In this document: piece after piece, positions 23,070 to 36,583 of the stretch
How positions within the stretch are numbered: the first letter of the stretch is position 1
Layout of the letters: every line of letters begins with the position of its first letter
NCBI GenBank assembly: GCA_010909165.1
Contig: MU008159.1
Location: 2,527,406 to 2,591,405, forward strand
From: Anthoceros angustus
Lineage: Eukaryota; Plantae; Anthocerotophyta
DNA length: 64,000 nt
Direction: 5' to 3'
The notes under the pieces: generated by a model
What the model was told of the DNA's origin: nothing
The model's input: the letters and a program-made list of their open reading frames with translations, nothing else
Databases searched by the model: none
Position numbers and translations under genes: made by a program

Positions 23070-25420
23070 GTTGTAGGAAGGAGTCCGTTCCCAAAGAATA
23101 GCAGCTCCGTTTGCGTTTGCGATTCGTCTTACACGTCGTTCGGTTCCAGCACACTCCTCGATTCACGTCTAACTACTCGCGACAAACACCGCCTGAGCCG
23201 GTATGGCCAAGCGTTTAAGGACCGTTCGTCCGTTTCGTTCACGTTAAATCCTCACACCTCTCGTCCGTTCTCTCACTCACACTACACTTATCGGTCTTAA
23301 GGAAAGGCCCGGGTTACAGTCGGACCTCCTCCCGTTTCTAGGGCCTCTCGTCCAGACTCTGCCCTCCCGAGTCCCTCCGGCTCACCGTCGGGTCGGTTCG
23401 TGGGCCGTGGCTGCAGGCGGCACGGTCACCCTCCACTGCACACACCACAACACGTTAGGTCACGGGACCACTGATCAATCTCTCTCGGGGCAGCCGTGCC
23501 TTTCGGTGACTCGGGACTCACGTTAGCAAGAAGACACACAAAGGTGCAAGGCGGCATCAACACCAAGAAAGATGATTTATTGCAGCTGACCCTCTTATAC
23601 TACGCCCGGTCGGGTCTTTATTACACCTATTACGGTGATGGCCCATTTCGGGTATACTAATCGACCGCCTACCATCCTATTCCCTCCCCTATCTCCTTCA
23701 CGGTGGTGGAAGGTCCGGTTCGCCTTGGGATTGGTGGTCCAATCTCCCTCTGACGATTGCGGGCGCACCAATCGGATGATCCGAGACCTCCTCTCTCCCG
23801 GAATCACATCGGGTTGGGCTCGTGGCGGCGGCGACCCGCGTCATCCTCCACTGGCCTCCCATGGGTCCCTCCGGGGGGGCCATTATCGGCTCCCCTAGCG
23901 TAAGTCGAGGGGCTCCTCCCTCTTCGAGTCGGACCTCGAGGTCAGGTCTCGACTCCGAGTCCCTCGGTCCGGCTTATTTCCTGAGTCCGGCCGGCTGGGT
24001 CCGGCCTCGTCTGGGGTTCGGACCTCAGGGTCCGAACTTATTACCGGGGTCCGGTCCCCAAGCTCCGGACCCCTTTCCTGTGGACCTCGTACTGCTAGGT
24101 CCTCCTCCTACCCTTGTCTTGGGTCGGGTTGGCTCCTCCTTGCACCCTTTGGGCCGTCACCTCCCTTCTCCCGGCGTGGTGGTGAACTTACCACAGTGTC
24201 GTCTCGCTCCTCTTGGGGCTCTTCTCCCTCTGCCGTCGTCTCCAAGCAGGCCCCTAGAGTCCTGTCTTGTCCCGTGCCCTTCTTCCCCTCCAAGGCCTTC
24301 CAGGTCTCTGTCGTGGTATTTGAGGCCTCTCTGCCGGGAGCTCGGGCGTGGTAATAGGCAAAGTCCGAATCCACTTGTTGGATTGCCTCTTCCACGTGTG
24401 CGGGCACCGATACTCCCTTCGCCATAGGTGCTCGGGGGAGCGTGTTTGCCCGCTTGTTGGTCCACCTCCCCGCCAGTTTGATATGGAGGCTGCTTCTCAG
24501 GTCTGCCTCGGTCACCTCCGGCGGCTGTTGCTCCACCCTCCAACTCCCTTCGCTTGGTTCAGCTGCCGACAGCCATAGCGCGGCGTTCCCTTCGCCTTCC
24601 TCATTTGGACCAGCAGCTTCTTGTCTGCTTCCAGCGCCCTCGCCTCTTTGTCCATTAAGGCGTGCTCCGCCATCTCCTCTCCAGACGGTCGGGCAACGCT
24701 GCGGGCTGCGGGCTTCGCCAGGCCCTTCTCCATCTCGGCGTCCTGCTCCTGTTCCGCCCGTCGACTCCGTCAGTGAGCCGGGCCGCTCTATTTCGTTCGC
24801 GTTCGCGACCATGTCCTGAGACTACCATTCCTCTCAATGGTAGTTTGAAGTCACTCAAAGTCTCCTTGCGGTCTTCCATCTCACGCATTCTTTGCTCCAC
24901 CTCCGGGCCGAGTGGAGATCCTCCATCTCCTTGCGAACTTCTTGGCTGGCTGGTCGCGCTTGCTCGCCACCTCCTCCATCTTGAGGCGGTGGGCGCTCTA
25001 TCTCCCACTCGAAGTCTGGATTCTCTCGTTGAGAACCCCTTGCTCGGCCAGCGTCTTGGAGTTGTAACTCCAAGGTGTCCTTGTCCTCCGACTCCCACGC
25101 CTCCCTTCTACCTCCTGCTGCATACAGGTCCCCGATTTCCGGTCTTGGCCTCAGTGTTTCTGCGGCTCGTCAGTGCTTGCTCTCTTCTTGCCTTCGGATT
25201 GGCGTGGCTGCCCCACGCCTCCTCCACCGGTTAGATCACGCCGATAGTGATCGCGATCGGCTTTCGTGGCTCCGCCTCCTTGGCCACCTTCACGAGCCTC
25301 TCGGCTTGGCTCTGCAGTCAGTCAGGCCGCCTCGCCAGTCCAGCGTCACCTTGCGCCCGGGCCTCTTCCGCCTGCTGCGCTACCCCCTGCACTGCGGAGG
25401 TCCTCACCAGCGCTTGCAAA
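23070..25420 (-). mobile_element. Probable gypsy-type LTR element fragment with a coiled-coil accessory ORF
   Basis: Minus-strand E/R/K/A-rich ORF pieces (EVEQRMREMEDRKETL; LMDKEARALEADKKLLVQ); ...CCCGGGTTACA at 23318 followed by a pyrimidine tract resembles an LTR/PPT junction; no pol domains seen. Confidence 0.4.
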
Positions 25421-25949
25421 TGGATACCCAATGGCCATTAAGGCGGCACGTGTGTCGGCCCTCCACGCCACGACATGTACCTATGTGCCCATCACCATGC
25501 TATGGTGAGTCATGCATAATTCCACCGGTGGCCAAAGTTTTGATGCGCGCTACATACCACCAACACGGGACATGAAAGGCTCGTCCCTACCACGTTACTA
25601 ATAATACTTGTTTAAGGCTCCAAGTGCACCCTGGCTCACAAACTTACGGTGTGTGAACTCCCATCATTTGCATAGCGTGAGATGTGAGTTTAGAGCGGCA
25701 TGTTCAATCTTTGCTTTGAAGCGCTCTTGTTGATTAGGGATAGGGATTTTGGTTAAAGGTTGAGATTAGGGTTAGGGTTAGGGTTTTTTCTCTTTGGGAT
25801 AGGGGAATGTGATTTATGGATAATAATATGGATTTAAGTTCTTGTATTAACTTCGAAGAGTTACCAACTAACACACCTTGTGTGGCCTCCTAAATTAGGG
25901 TTATTTAACCATCTTGACCTAAAGCGGGTTTCTTCTCAATATGACCATT

Positions 25950-27794
25950 CTAGGGCACCGGGCAGCAAAAACATGTGAAGGTGGCTCACATACTCTTTTC
26001 TAGAGTGGGAGACTTTATTGGGGAATGAGTGCTATAAGTTCCCATCCTACGAACTTCTACAAGAAGGATTCTAAGGGCGGGAGTTTACGCCTGCCGATGC
26101 AAAGGCATACAAGCATCATATATAGGTAAGAAGGTTTGAAGTATGTAAATTGTTTTATTACTTAGGCATTAACATTGTGAGGTGGCTTGCGGTATTGGTG
26201 TTCTTACGGCCGGAAGACTTTCGCCAAAAGGAGGTGGGAGTGTCACGTGGTGCTAATCTGACTAAATGTAAGGTCCTCCGTGGAGAGTGTCAAGCATGGT
26301 TGCCAAGCAAATTTTAGGGTGAAGAAACTTCTCCAGCCTCTGATTCTTTGAGATTGGTCTTTTGAACATAGGCATGACCTTTCAAATGCTATATGTCATG
26401 GGCACATGCGAAGGCTTACCCGTGATGTCGAGCGCTTTCACAAGAAAAGAAGGATTGGATCGGGCATTGCCTATATTGCAAAGTTCTGTTGATGAAATAA
26501 TGCGTCGGCATCAAGATGCATTGTATGCTCGAATCAACAATAGACGGTATATAAACTAGTAAGAGATGATTATATGCAAAGATATGATGTTCTCAATATC
26601 TTACACAAGTTGAAGTTGGTGAATGGAAGCTAGCCGGATGATGCCACATCGGTGTCCACTGGTTGGAGCAAAATCGTCTATAGTCTTCCACCAATCAGCG
26701 AGAATCAACCTTTCGCTTTGGGTATTCAAACTCCTTTTATGTTAAATTGCATGTTGCTTTATGGGAATGGTAATGTGCTAGCTATGGATGCAACTTTTGG
26801 GTTGAGCAGTATCGCTACCACTTATTCACATGATGGGTTTTGACCATTACTTGAGCGGTGTTCGATAGCATGGGCTATTACAAAAGATGCTACTCTTGAG
26901 TCACTTGTCGGTGGCTTTCAGTTCTGGAAGAAGGTTGAAAAGATCAACAAGGATTGGACACCTAGTTCATTCCTTGTTGATGATTGTCGGCGATTTACGC
27001 TATTAGCTCGATGTGGAATCATAATATGCCTATATTACTATGCTTGTGGCATGTGCGGAAAGCGTAGAGACAGAATTTATTGAAGAAAGTGCACTTACGA
27101 AGTAATCGAATTTCTATATGAGCTAGGGGATATTATTTATGTCACTGGGGCTTCACAGAGTGTATCCATAGGAAGAAGTATGCTAAACAATTTTTATGAC
27201 AAGTGGGGAACAAATGAAGGAGACTTTGTGAGATACATGAAGATCTAATGGGGAGAGACTATATATATGTGGTTGTGTAATGCTAGAATGCTGCCTCATG
27301 CAGGGCAACATACAACTTCAGCTGCGGAAGGATTCCATAGATTTATAAAAGAGCGTCGACAGCAAGTCAAGTTTGCTGGCGTAGACTAGTTACTACACCA
27401 ATTAGTGAATGTGGTTGCCCGACATTATTGGTACCAGCTCTTCACGAAAGAAGGGGGATACAAGCATAACAAGAAGTTGGAGGCTTTGGAGGAAACAGCT
27501 ATGAAGGGTTTAGAAACTATTCCTATTAGCTTAGTTATTTTATCGCATGCCAAAAATGTTGCTGCACATTGTTTGTCTTCGTCGACCCCTAACTTGTGGT
27601 ATGTAATTGAACGTGTTTACTCTCCTTGGGCTACATGCTCATGTCCAATGGGGAACAAAGGTTTCATCTGCAAGCATGTGGTGAAAGTTCAACAACTCCT
27701 GGGCATACACAAGGATGGTGCATTAGCAGCTAGGCAAAATGGAAGAACAAATGGAGCATATGTTTCTGAAAGTAGTGATATACCAACAACTTGA
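25950..27794 (+). pseudogene. MULE-type transposase with SWIM zinc finger, frameshifted
   Basis: YWCSYG, PFALGIQTPFML, LAMDATFG, PSSFLVDD, LLCLWHVRKA, LPHAGQHTTSAAEGFH, SWIM CSCPMGNKGFICKH. Confidence 0.9.
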
Positions 27795-28846
27795 CTATGG
27801 CTTTTTCGATATAGGATCAAGAAGCTCCACACATTGTGTTGCCTATTAACCCCTTGGTGGAACCAATATGTAAGACACGGTTTGAGATGGCAAAAGAAAA
27901 GTTGGATTTTATTAAAGCGGCATGTCTTTGAAGTATGTGATACGCATTTGGCGTTGATTTAGCTTTTGATAGCTTTGCATTATGGAGCAAACTCAACAAA
28001 GGCTGAGAGAGTTAGTGGCACAGGCAGACGAAGAACCTCAACGAAAACAAGTGTTGGAAACTTTTGCTAAGAATGAGGAACGAAACAGTGGCGATATGTT
28101 GGTTTGGAGGAAGTTGTGTGTAAGAAGAAAAAGGCGGTGAAGGTGGAACATAGGGCAATTGATGGAGGGTGGATTGAATGATGAGGTGAAATAGGCTTCT
28201 GGTTTTAGAAGCTGACAATCCACTTTTGTAGGGTGCTGAGAAGAGATAGCAGATAACACTCAGTTTTGATCGGGTCAATTAAGCTTTTCGTTTTAGAAGG
28301 TCACAATCCACTCTTCTGGTTTTAGAAGGTGAGAATCCACTGTTTTCGTGTGCTCAGACGAGACGCTTTGGTCTGATGTGAGGTAGGTTTCTAGTTTTGG
28401 AAGGAGGAAATCCACTTTTCTATGCTGAGACGAGATAGACATAGAACTGAAATTTGTAAACGGAGGCCGTGCATAAGCCTCAATTTTGGTACATCATCTG
28501 GAGGTGGAGCAGCAGCAATGAAGTTTGAACATGGTCTACTTCCTAACTGAACTTGTTTGTACCCTCACAACAATATAAATCTGCTCCTTAAAATTCTAGA
28601 TTAAAGTTGGTCCCAGCAGTTGTGTCCCTCACAAGCCTATCAAGGCAATATCCAATGCACACATCCTGCAGAGTGGGGACAATTTCGGTTGAGGCAGAGA
28701 GCCATGCAATTCCATGAAGAACTTAAGCGGACAAACAACAATTTCATACCTTCAACATTAATCTTCCGAGAATCCAACTCCTCCTTGCATAAGTGTTCTA
28801 TGAAGTGCCGCTCTGTGAGGTATTACCATGTTGCTAATGTAGTGCA

Positions 28847-29170
28847 CCCTACTAGAAAAGGGCAGCCATGTTACACTTTTTGTTAAGATTTGAACCCCCC
28901 CTTGTTGCAATTATGTTAAAATCTTGGGGTCTTGTTACACTTTTGGGGCCCCTTGTTACACTCAGGGTTGGAAACCAACCCTCCATCTTGTTACAGTCGT
29001 GTTACAGTCTTGTTGCAATTTTGTTGCAGTGTAGTGAGAGGTGGTATCTGTCCCCTCTCTAAATTTCAACATAATTGCAACAACCAAAGTGTTACATCCT
29101 CTCTTGTTACAGTTTTGCAGGCTTGGTACCAATCCTCCTCCCCATGTAGGTTTACCATTGTTGCTTTTAC
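28847..29170 (+). mobile_element. Left end of a CCCTA-terminated CMC/CACTA-like transposon with subterminal TGTTACA/TGTTGCAA repeats
   Basis: CCCTACTAGAAAAGGGCA at 28847 is identical to the inverted terminus at 12296-12313 and 13382-13399. Confidence 0.6.
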
Positions 29171-29724
29171 TCTGGTATTTTCTCCGTGCCATTATTGTAA
29201 TACGTGTACCATATTATATGTATATAATATGCCTTTGCTTTCATATACGTATTTTCGGATGTCATTATTGTAATACCTATATGCGGCTTTTTCAAATACA
29301 GTATACATATATACGGTGACGTATTTGTGCACTCATTTTGTCTGTTGCCTTTGCATATATCACAGCATTTGTTTGCACCGTATTCGATATAGTGCCTTAT
29401 ACGTCACTCGAATTTCGTGCCCTTGTATGCGTCACCCACTACAAGAAAATGAGGGTTTTTACAACGGTTTTAGGGTGTTACAACGCGTTGTAAAACAGCT
29501 GCGCCGTTATGGCAAAGGAAGCTTCATGACGTTGTAAAATTATGCCGACATGGCGAGTTCGGCCATGTCATTAAAAATGGTGATGTGGCGCCACATCACC
29601 GCCACACATCACCAAGTGATGACATGGCATGTTGTTGCCACATGGTTTCATTGCCACATCATCGTGTGATGACGGCATAATTTGATGACATGGGTGCCAC
29701 ATCACCATGTGATGACGTGTGCCA

Positions 29725-29969
29725 TTTACAAAACCATTTACAACATCCCAATTGCAAAAGGAATTACAACATCTAAGTTTGAGAAGTCTCGGTGTGGGTA
29801 CAACGCGCTTTAGGACGATTTACAAAACCATCTACAACATCCCAATTGCAAAAGCAATTACAACATCTAAGTTTGAGGGCGTCTGGTGTGGGTAGCGCTT
29901 TACAACGACTTGTGCAAAAACAATTACAACATCTAAGTTTGAGACGCGTCTTGTGGGTACAACGCGCAT
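29725..29969. repeat. ~95 bp tandem repeat array, left part
   Basis: Unit TTTACAAAACCATCTACAACATCCCAATTGCAAAAGCAATTACAACATCTAAGTTTGAG..GTGTGGGTACAACGCGC. Confidence 0.9.
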
Positions 29970-30231
29970 CGATGAGAATCACGCACGCACTTGCAAAAGA
30001 GTCTTGTGAGTTGCATTACATAATAGAAAATACAAGAGTGTTTAAATAGTAGGTAGAGTCGGTGGTTACAACCATAAGTTGTTGTAACTATAAGTGGTTA
30101 TAACCATAAGTGGTTATAACTAACTACCTAAATAACCACCTAAAGAAAACTACTTAGTGCCCTAGGCATATAATAATCATTAAGTAAAGGTGCCCTAGTG
30201 AATAGTGCCCTATACCTAATATATTTCATCA
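29970..30231 (-). repeat. 3' LTR of copia B
   Basis: Direct repeat of 36584-36853; + strand ends TTTCATCA. Confidence 0.93.
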
Positions 30232-31749
30232 CTCCCACTCACGTGAACTAGGGGTGACAAAATAGAGGATTTTTCTAGCTTCAAAATGAGCCAAAATAGG
30301 CCTAAAACCAAGACTAGACCTTAAGCAAAATTAATTTAAAAACATAAAGGAAATAACCTATATAAGAAAATAGGAAAATATTTTTAAAATGAAAATGCCG
30401 AAAAGAAAACTTAATGGGCTTGGCGGTTCGCCTGGTCGTCCACCACGCGAGCCGCCAGCTTCGCGTCGCGGCTATGGCGACGGCGGAGCGCTCGCTCGCC
30501 CCGTGCGTCAGCCGATTTTTCCTGCATCGACCATTTCCGGGCGGGCCTAGAGTTCTAGTGCAACAAATAGCTGGCGATTTCGCATGGGGCTTGATTGCGA
30601 TACCTCGTCTTCATACCTTCCTATTGCGGCCATTGCCATTGTGCTTGTGTTCTCCCCTCAACAGGCGCCCGGCTGTGCTCAGGACATCCATGGCGGGAAA
30701 CGCATCCGAAGGCTGAATTTGCAAAAGATCCTCCGACCTCCTACAACACCCGGTCCGTTGGGAGGATTCTTCCATTGCGGACCACAATTTCATACCACAA
30801 CGGCATTGCGGCCAGGTCGGATGGCTGCTGCAGCACCAAGGAAGAATAAGCGGTGCCAGATGCAATCATGGCGAGATATCCATCTGTTTCCTAAAGTGGC
30901 TGGAAATTCACATATCATAAGGTCAAGCGAGGCACGGCGGCATCGTAGCTGGAAGATGGCCGCCATGACTATACCATTGGAAACAACAACAGGTGATTGG
31001 AACCTCGGCGGATGGTGAAGCCTCAAATTTTCTCGAACTTCGTATATGAAAACATGGGTTGAATCGCGAATGGCAGGAATGCCAATTGATCTTCATCACA
31101 ACACACCTCTTTGCGGTGCGTTGGTGTAATCGAGATATCGTATAAAAATATAGATAACCTTCATGAAGAATCTAATAGCAAAGGTAGGAACCAACTTTCA
31201 TGCCCATATGCTCATACGTGCTGAAATGTTCCACCGACGATTCACCGAAATTGATACTGATTTTGAAGAAAATTTATGCAAGGGCAAGTCTCCTAAGACT
31301 TGTGATCCACCCCATTAACGTCGCGAGTCCAAGCTATATTGCAAGGAAGTCCAAGCTAGCATGCATGCACGAAGGTGGATTGACCACTACCACTTACATA
31401 GTGTGCCCGGATTATGCGCTTCTAACCCTCCAGATTGAATATGTGTACCAAATTACCGAATCCACATGGTGTGACTAGGTTCCGTGTAAGGAGTTCGAGA
31501 GGACACACTAAGCACATCTATAGTAAGTGTTCTCAATAAGCAAAAGTTATAATAAAGAAATATTATTTTGACCCTTCTTGCACTATGGTTTAGGATGCTT
31601 GGGCACTTAGCAAGGATCTTTGGGGAATACTACGAAGACCATTTAGAAATTGAAGAGGAAATGGAATATGTAGTTAAGAAATGGGCTTGAAGAAATAAGG
31701 TTAACTTAATCGGAGATAGTCGATCTTCTTGGTTAGGTTGGTATTGACT

Positions 31750-34700
31750 TGGTATCTAATATACCTAAGGTCTTCATATGTTTAATATGTAATTCCGACC
31801 AAGGGACTTTGTGAATAAATCATGCGTTATCCCGAGTTTGAATATAACTAATATCAATAGTTTTATTTCCCAACATTTCTCTAATGTAATGGTATTCGGC
31901 GACTATGTGTTTAGTCCTAGAATGGAAAGCATTTCGGCTAATGCTATGGCTCCTTGACTATCCGATAGAGGTGTAGGGTTGTCTTGTGTGTGATTGAGCT
32001 CACTTAAGGCTAACCTACTCCATACAATATCCTTAACCGAGGTTAGTACTCTATACTCACTCGATTGCTTGAAAGGGCAATGGTTTGTTTCTTACTTGAC
32101 CATGATATGGGAGCTTTGCATAGCATAAGTACATAGCGATCGATCGCGTGTGTCGGGATCACCGGCATAGTCGGCATCGCATATTAATATTGGTTTGTTC
32201 ATACTTGGTGTATGTTGATAAACTAATCCCTGTATTCATTGTAGGTACCTAAATATACGTTTGTGATGCCCAATGTTCACGACCGAGATTCTCCAAAATT
32301 GTGAACAAGCACTAACTTCAAAAGCTATGTCGCCTAGTGAAGTTGCTCAAATATATAAGTGTGCCAACGTCGATAAGGCTCGACATACGTAACTTATGCA
32401 GCATCTGTTTTAGGACTCATTTCGTGAGTCGTATCCCACTAGCAAAAGGAGTGGGAGCAGGTTTAGCGTCTTCTAATTCAAATTTGATTAAGCTTTCCTT
32501 AATAATTTTGTTTGAAAAACGCTTAAAGTCTTACTGCTTCTATCTCTCATAATATTAACACCAAGTGCGTAAGTCAGCTCTCCAAGATCAGTCATTTCAA
32601 AATGACTTCTTAACCAAGCTTTAATCACGGCTAGGAAAGAGGATGAAGAGGAAGCCATAAATACGTCGTCGACGTAGAGTAAGAGGTAAATTATCTCTTT
32701 TCCGCAGATTAAGATATACATGCAAGAATCTGCCTTGCTTTGTCTAAAACCTCGATCAACAAGCTTAATATGTATTACGGTGTTCCATTCCTTACCGGAT
32801 TGCTTCAATCCGTAGATACATTTAATAAGCTTACACACCAAATCTTCTTTGCCTTTAACCTCATAACCCTCGTTGTTTCATGTATATTTCTTCTTGTAGA
32901 TGCCCATGTAAATATGTTTCTTTACATCCATCATATGGAGTTCAAGATCATCGAGATAAGGCAAATATCATTCAAGGCTAGCAAATTTGGCTACTGAGGG
33001 CATAAGTGGCCCAAGGTCGTAGTCTAGGCCAGAATTTGTGTAAAGCCTCGCTACAGCGTGCCTTATATCTTTCAATGGAACCATCTCCTTTTCTCTTGAT
33101 TTTAAATACCCATTTGCTTGTCACTATCTTCCTCCCCTTAGGGGGTTTGACCAGTTCCCATGTCGAATTCTTGATCAAGGAGTCATATTCAGAATCTACT
33201 GCTGCCTTCCATAAGTCCTTTTCGGGGATGAGAAGGCTTGTTTGAGAGTAGTGGGTTCTTCTGGGTCAATGATTGCCTGATATACGGAAGTAGCTAGGTA
33301 TCCCAAAGGAGGCTCCTTCCAACCTGCAGGACCAGGGATGGTTGGTCTGGTTCTGAGATTGTACCTTTGTGCAGGTTGCTCGTCTTCTCAAGAAGGGTTG
33401 ATTCGAGGAGGGTCCTCAACTAAATACGTCACGCTCGAGTTCGTCCGGATCGTGAATATCCTCAAAATGTTGAGGTTCCTCGGTATCTAATGAAGGTGAG
33501 TCGGGACGTAAGAAGAACTCCTCCTCCTCCGCATAATAGGTCCATCGGAAGGGACACGGAGGCGAGGAGCAGAAGTCCATAATGTAGTCACTAGTATCAA
33601 AAGAAGAACATTCGGGCTCCGCATCTAGATGAAGGATGGGGAGGCATTAGATCTCCAAGAGGAGAAAATAGGGAATGTTCATGAAAAGTGACGAGCATAA
33701 AGAAGCTTTTTGGTGGAAGGATCAAATAATTTATAGCCCTTGATTCCTTCCGTATAACCAATAAAAGTATATCTGGCCGCTTTCGGATCTAACTTCTTAC
33801 GCAATGCTTTAGGAATAAAGACATATGCCGGAGATCCAAAAATGCGGAGATGATCAATAGAAGGCTTCTTGCCAGTAAAGGCTTCGTAAGGTGTCATACC
33901 TTGGACTGCAGAAGTGGGCAGTCGATTCATGAGATATGTGGGTCGTGAGTGCCTCATTAATATACTTTGGGTAAATTTGCTTGGGTTAACAAGCAGCGGT
34001 GATCTCTTGAAGGCGCAGATTTTTATTTTCAGCTCGCCATTTTGTTGAGGAGTGTATACAACGTGAGTTGTTGAGCTATACCTTGAGCTCGGCAAAATCC
34101 TCAAAGCTTAGAAGTAAACTCGCCACCATTGCCGGGCGTAAGGTCTTGAGTTTCTTCTCTTCAATCTCTCCGCCCAGCCATATAGTCCTTGAAGAAATGA
34201 TAAGTATCACCCTTGTGATTAAGGATATAGGTGAGTGTAAAGCGGGAGTAGTCGATGAAGGTCAAAAATATACGCTACCAAGGAAGGTGTAGAGATAGGG
34301 CCACAAATGTCTGTATGAACAAGCTCTAGAGGAGATGTCGTCCTCTGTGGAGAGATGTTCTGGAAAGGGGCTTAATGTCTTTTGGTAATGACACAAGTCT
34401 CACACCATGGAAGGTGTTAAATTTGAGCAAGGCAGGGTGTGCGGTATAGATTTCCTGCCTTAGACATTTGTACTAATTTTTGGCTATTAGGATGACCGAG
34501 ACGACAATGCCACAACATGGTATGGCTGGGTGGTGCGGTGGGGACGACATTGATGGAATGTGTGGGACCCACTTGAGCTGAAAGTTTGTATAGCCCATCT
34601 TCTAGTATGCCTATCACGGATGGCATGTGACTTATTGGAGGTGTATGAAATAAGACAACTATGCATAAAGTGTGACTTGCATAGTATGTGCATGACATAA

Positions 34701-35881
34701 ACTAGCGGCGAGACTAGATTTTACACATGGGTACATGAAGGACATGGCGTAAGTGAAGAGTCCGACTGTGGAACATCCGAGGACAAACTGCACCCAGCTA
34801 TTGGGAGGTTGTGATCATCACCCAAGAGGGATCGGTGTCCTGTGGTTGGGGAATATGACTCAAAGGAGTCTTTGTCATGTGAGATGTGTGAGGTAGCTCC
34901 ACTATCAAGGTACCGTTTGATTTAGGCGAGGATGCAGGCATCTTGTAAGGCGAGAAGAGTTGAAGAGGATGGTTTCTTCACGGCAACATGTGCGCCGGTG
35001 AGGCCTCTTTCCTAGGCTCACCATTTTTCTTCCTCTCCTTCTCCATGTGATTTGGGATTACGCACCAATTGCAAATAATTCCATCTTCTTATTACCTCTT
35101 GCGGTGTAGAAGAAGAGAAGCTCCCGAGAAGCTGGATGAAGTGGCGGGCTTAGTGGAAGGAGGTCCGTTTGCGGCCTCGACCACGACCACTTCCTCCGCC
35201 TCTTCCGTGTACATCACTTGCTGCCGCTAGTTCGTGAGTCTTGACGTCGGACTCCTCCTATCAATGCTCCGATCAACTCATTTATACTTATGTCCAAGGT
35301 ATCATGCTTGTCCATATTTTTCGGGCTGTTCTCAATACGATTTTGAGTTGTCACAAATGATCTATAGGAGGATGGAAGAGAGGATAATAATGCAACAAAG
35401 CATGTTAACTCGGAGAGCTTGGAGTTGGAAGCGGCTTCAAGTTGGGATCTTGCCATTCAAGCACTAATATGGTGTTCAATGGTGTCGATTCCCTCATCTT
35501 AAGGTTGTGGAAGTTACAGTAGCGTCATCGGACTCATAACATCCTTGGAGGAGTATAATTGTGCGAGGTGATCCCACATTTCCTTGGAGGATCTGCCTCA
35601 TGATTTTACCATATGGAGAGAGAGACCGATAATCACGGCTCTCTCATCCTTCGCATCCCAGTGCGTTTTTCGGCACCCATCTCTAAGGCTCTGACAATAT
35701 CCCATAGGTCACAGTTCAATACTCCCTCATTCGCGGGCGCCCGTCGTCCTTGCCATTGAATCATCCTTTTCTTTGAAGCGTCTCCATAATTATTGACAAC
35801 CATTGATTTGGTCTCAATAGGGTCCTTGTTGATGTTGACTTCTTCGTCAAGTTGCTCTCCCTCATCTTCCCGACTAGCCAT
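31750..35881 (-). pseudogene. copia B gag-pol, frameshifted
   Basis: MASREDEGEQ...DLWDIV, LLSSLPSSY, YLDSGATSH, LWHCRLGHP, YTPQQNG, HLRIFGSPAY..KKLDPK, KNSTWELV..KWVFKIK, IYGLKQSG, LLYVDDVF, DLFTKSL. Confidence 0.95.
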
Positions 35882-36583
35882 GGCAGGTGATGTTTAAAGA
35901 CCACGACTACGTCGTGTGCGTCTTGTCTTGGAGGAGATTTCACACGATGCTCCAATCATATCAAAACAATCTGCGGTAAAATGTGAATTTCTGCGAGAAC
36001 TTTTAGACATTTTAGTATCTAAGTCTTCAATGCATCCTAAATGATTGAAGGCAGAGCCAAAACGACAATTGTCTACTAATGACATCATGTCTAAGTTCAA
36101 TCTATTTTGATAGATTTAAGGAGAGGTCGAGAATCTACTAATCACAACAGACCGGCATGTAGATTAGGAATGTGTTGGAGTGCTAAAACTAGAGATTCTA
36201 CTTGTGATAAACTAAAACAAGTAAGTAAATCTCTCTTAGCCACCTCAATCAACTCTCCTTGATTCTCGATTTTATAAGAATTGCACCAATAAAATTGCTA
36301 ATAAATTTAGAATCTCTTTCAATTGGATCTATAAATTTATCGAATTATTATAATTTGATGCATTCTCCTTGATGCAGCCTTCAATCTCCTCCTACTTCCT
36401 TGCCCCATGAGAAGGAGTCAAGAAAGTGATGCACAATTTGTGCATCATAAAAATATGATGTTGAGCATAATTGTAAAGTTGCCTCCAAGCCAAAATTCCA
36501 TCTGCAAAATTAGTAATGCACAAAAATTCATGCCTAAAGAAGAGGCAAGCAAGGTGCTCAAGCATCTAGAGAGCTCGATACCA

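Noticed and set aside
25766-25783. (TTAGGG)3 telomere-like run
   Set aside because: Too short for an interstitial telomere; such motifs are common near plant promoters and TE 5' regions.
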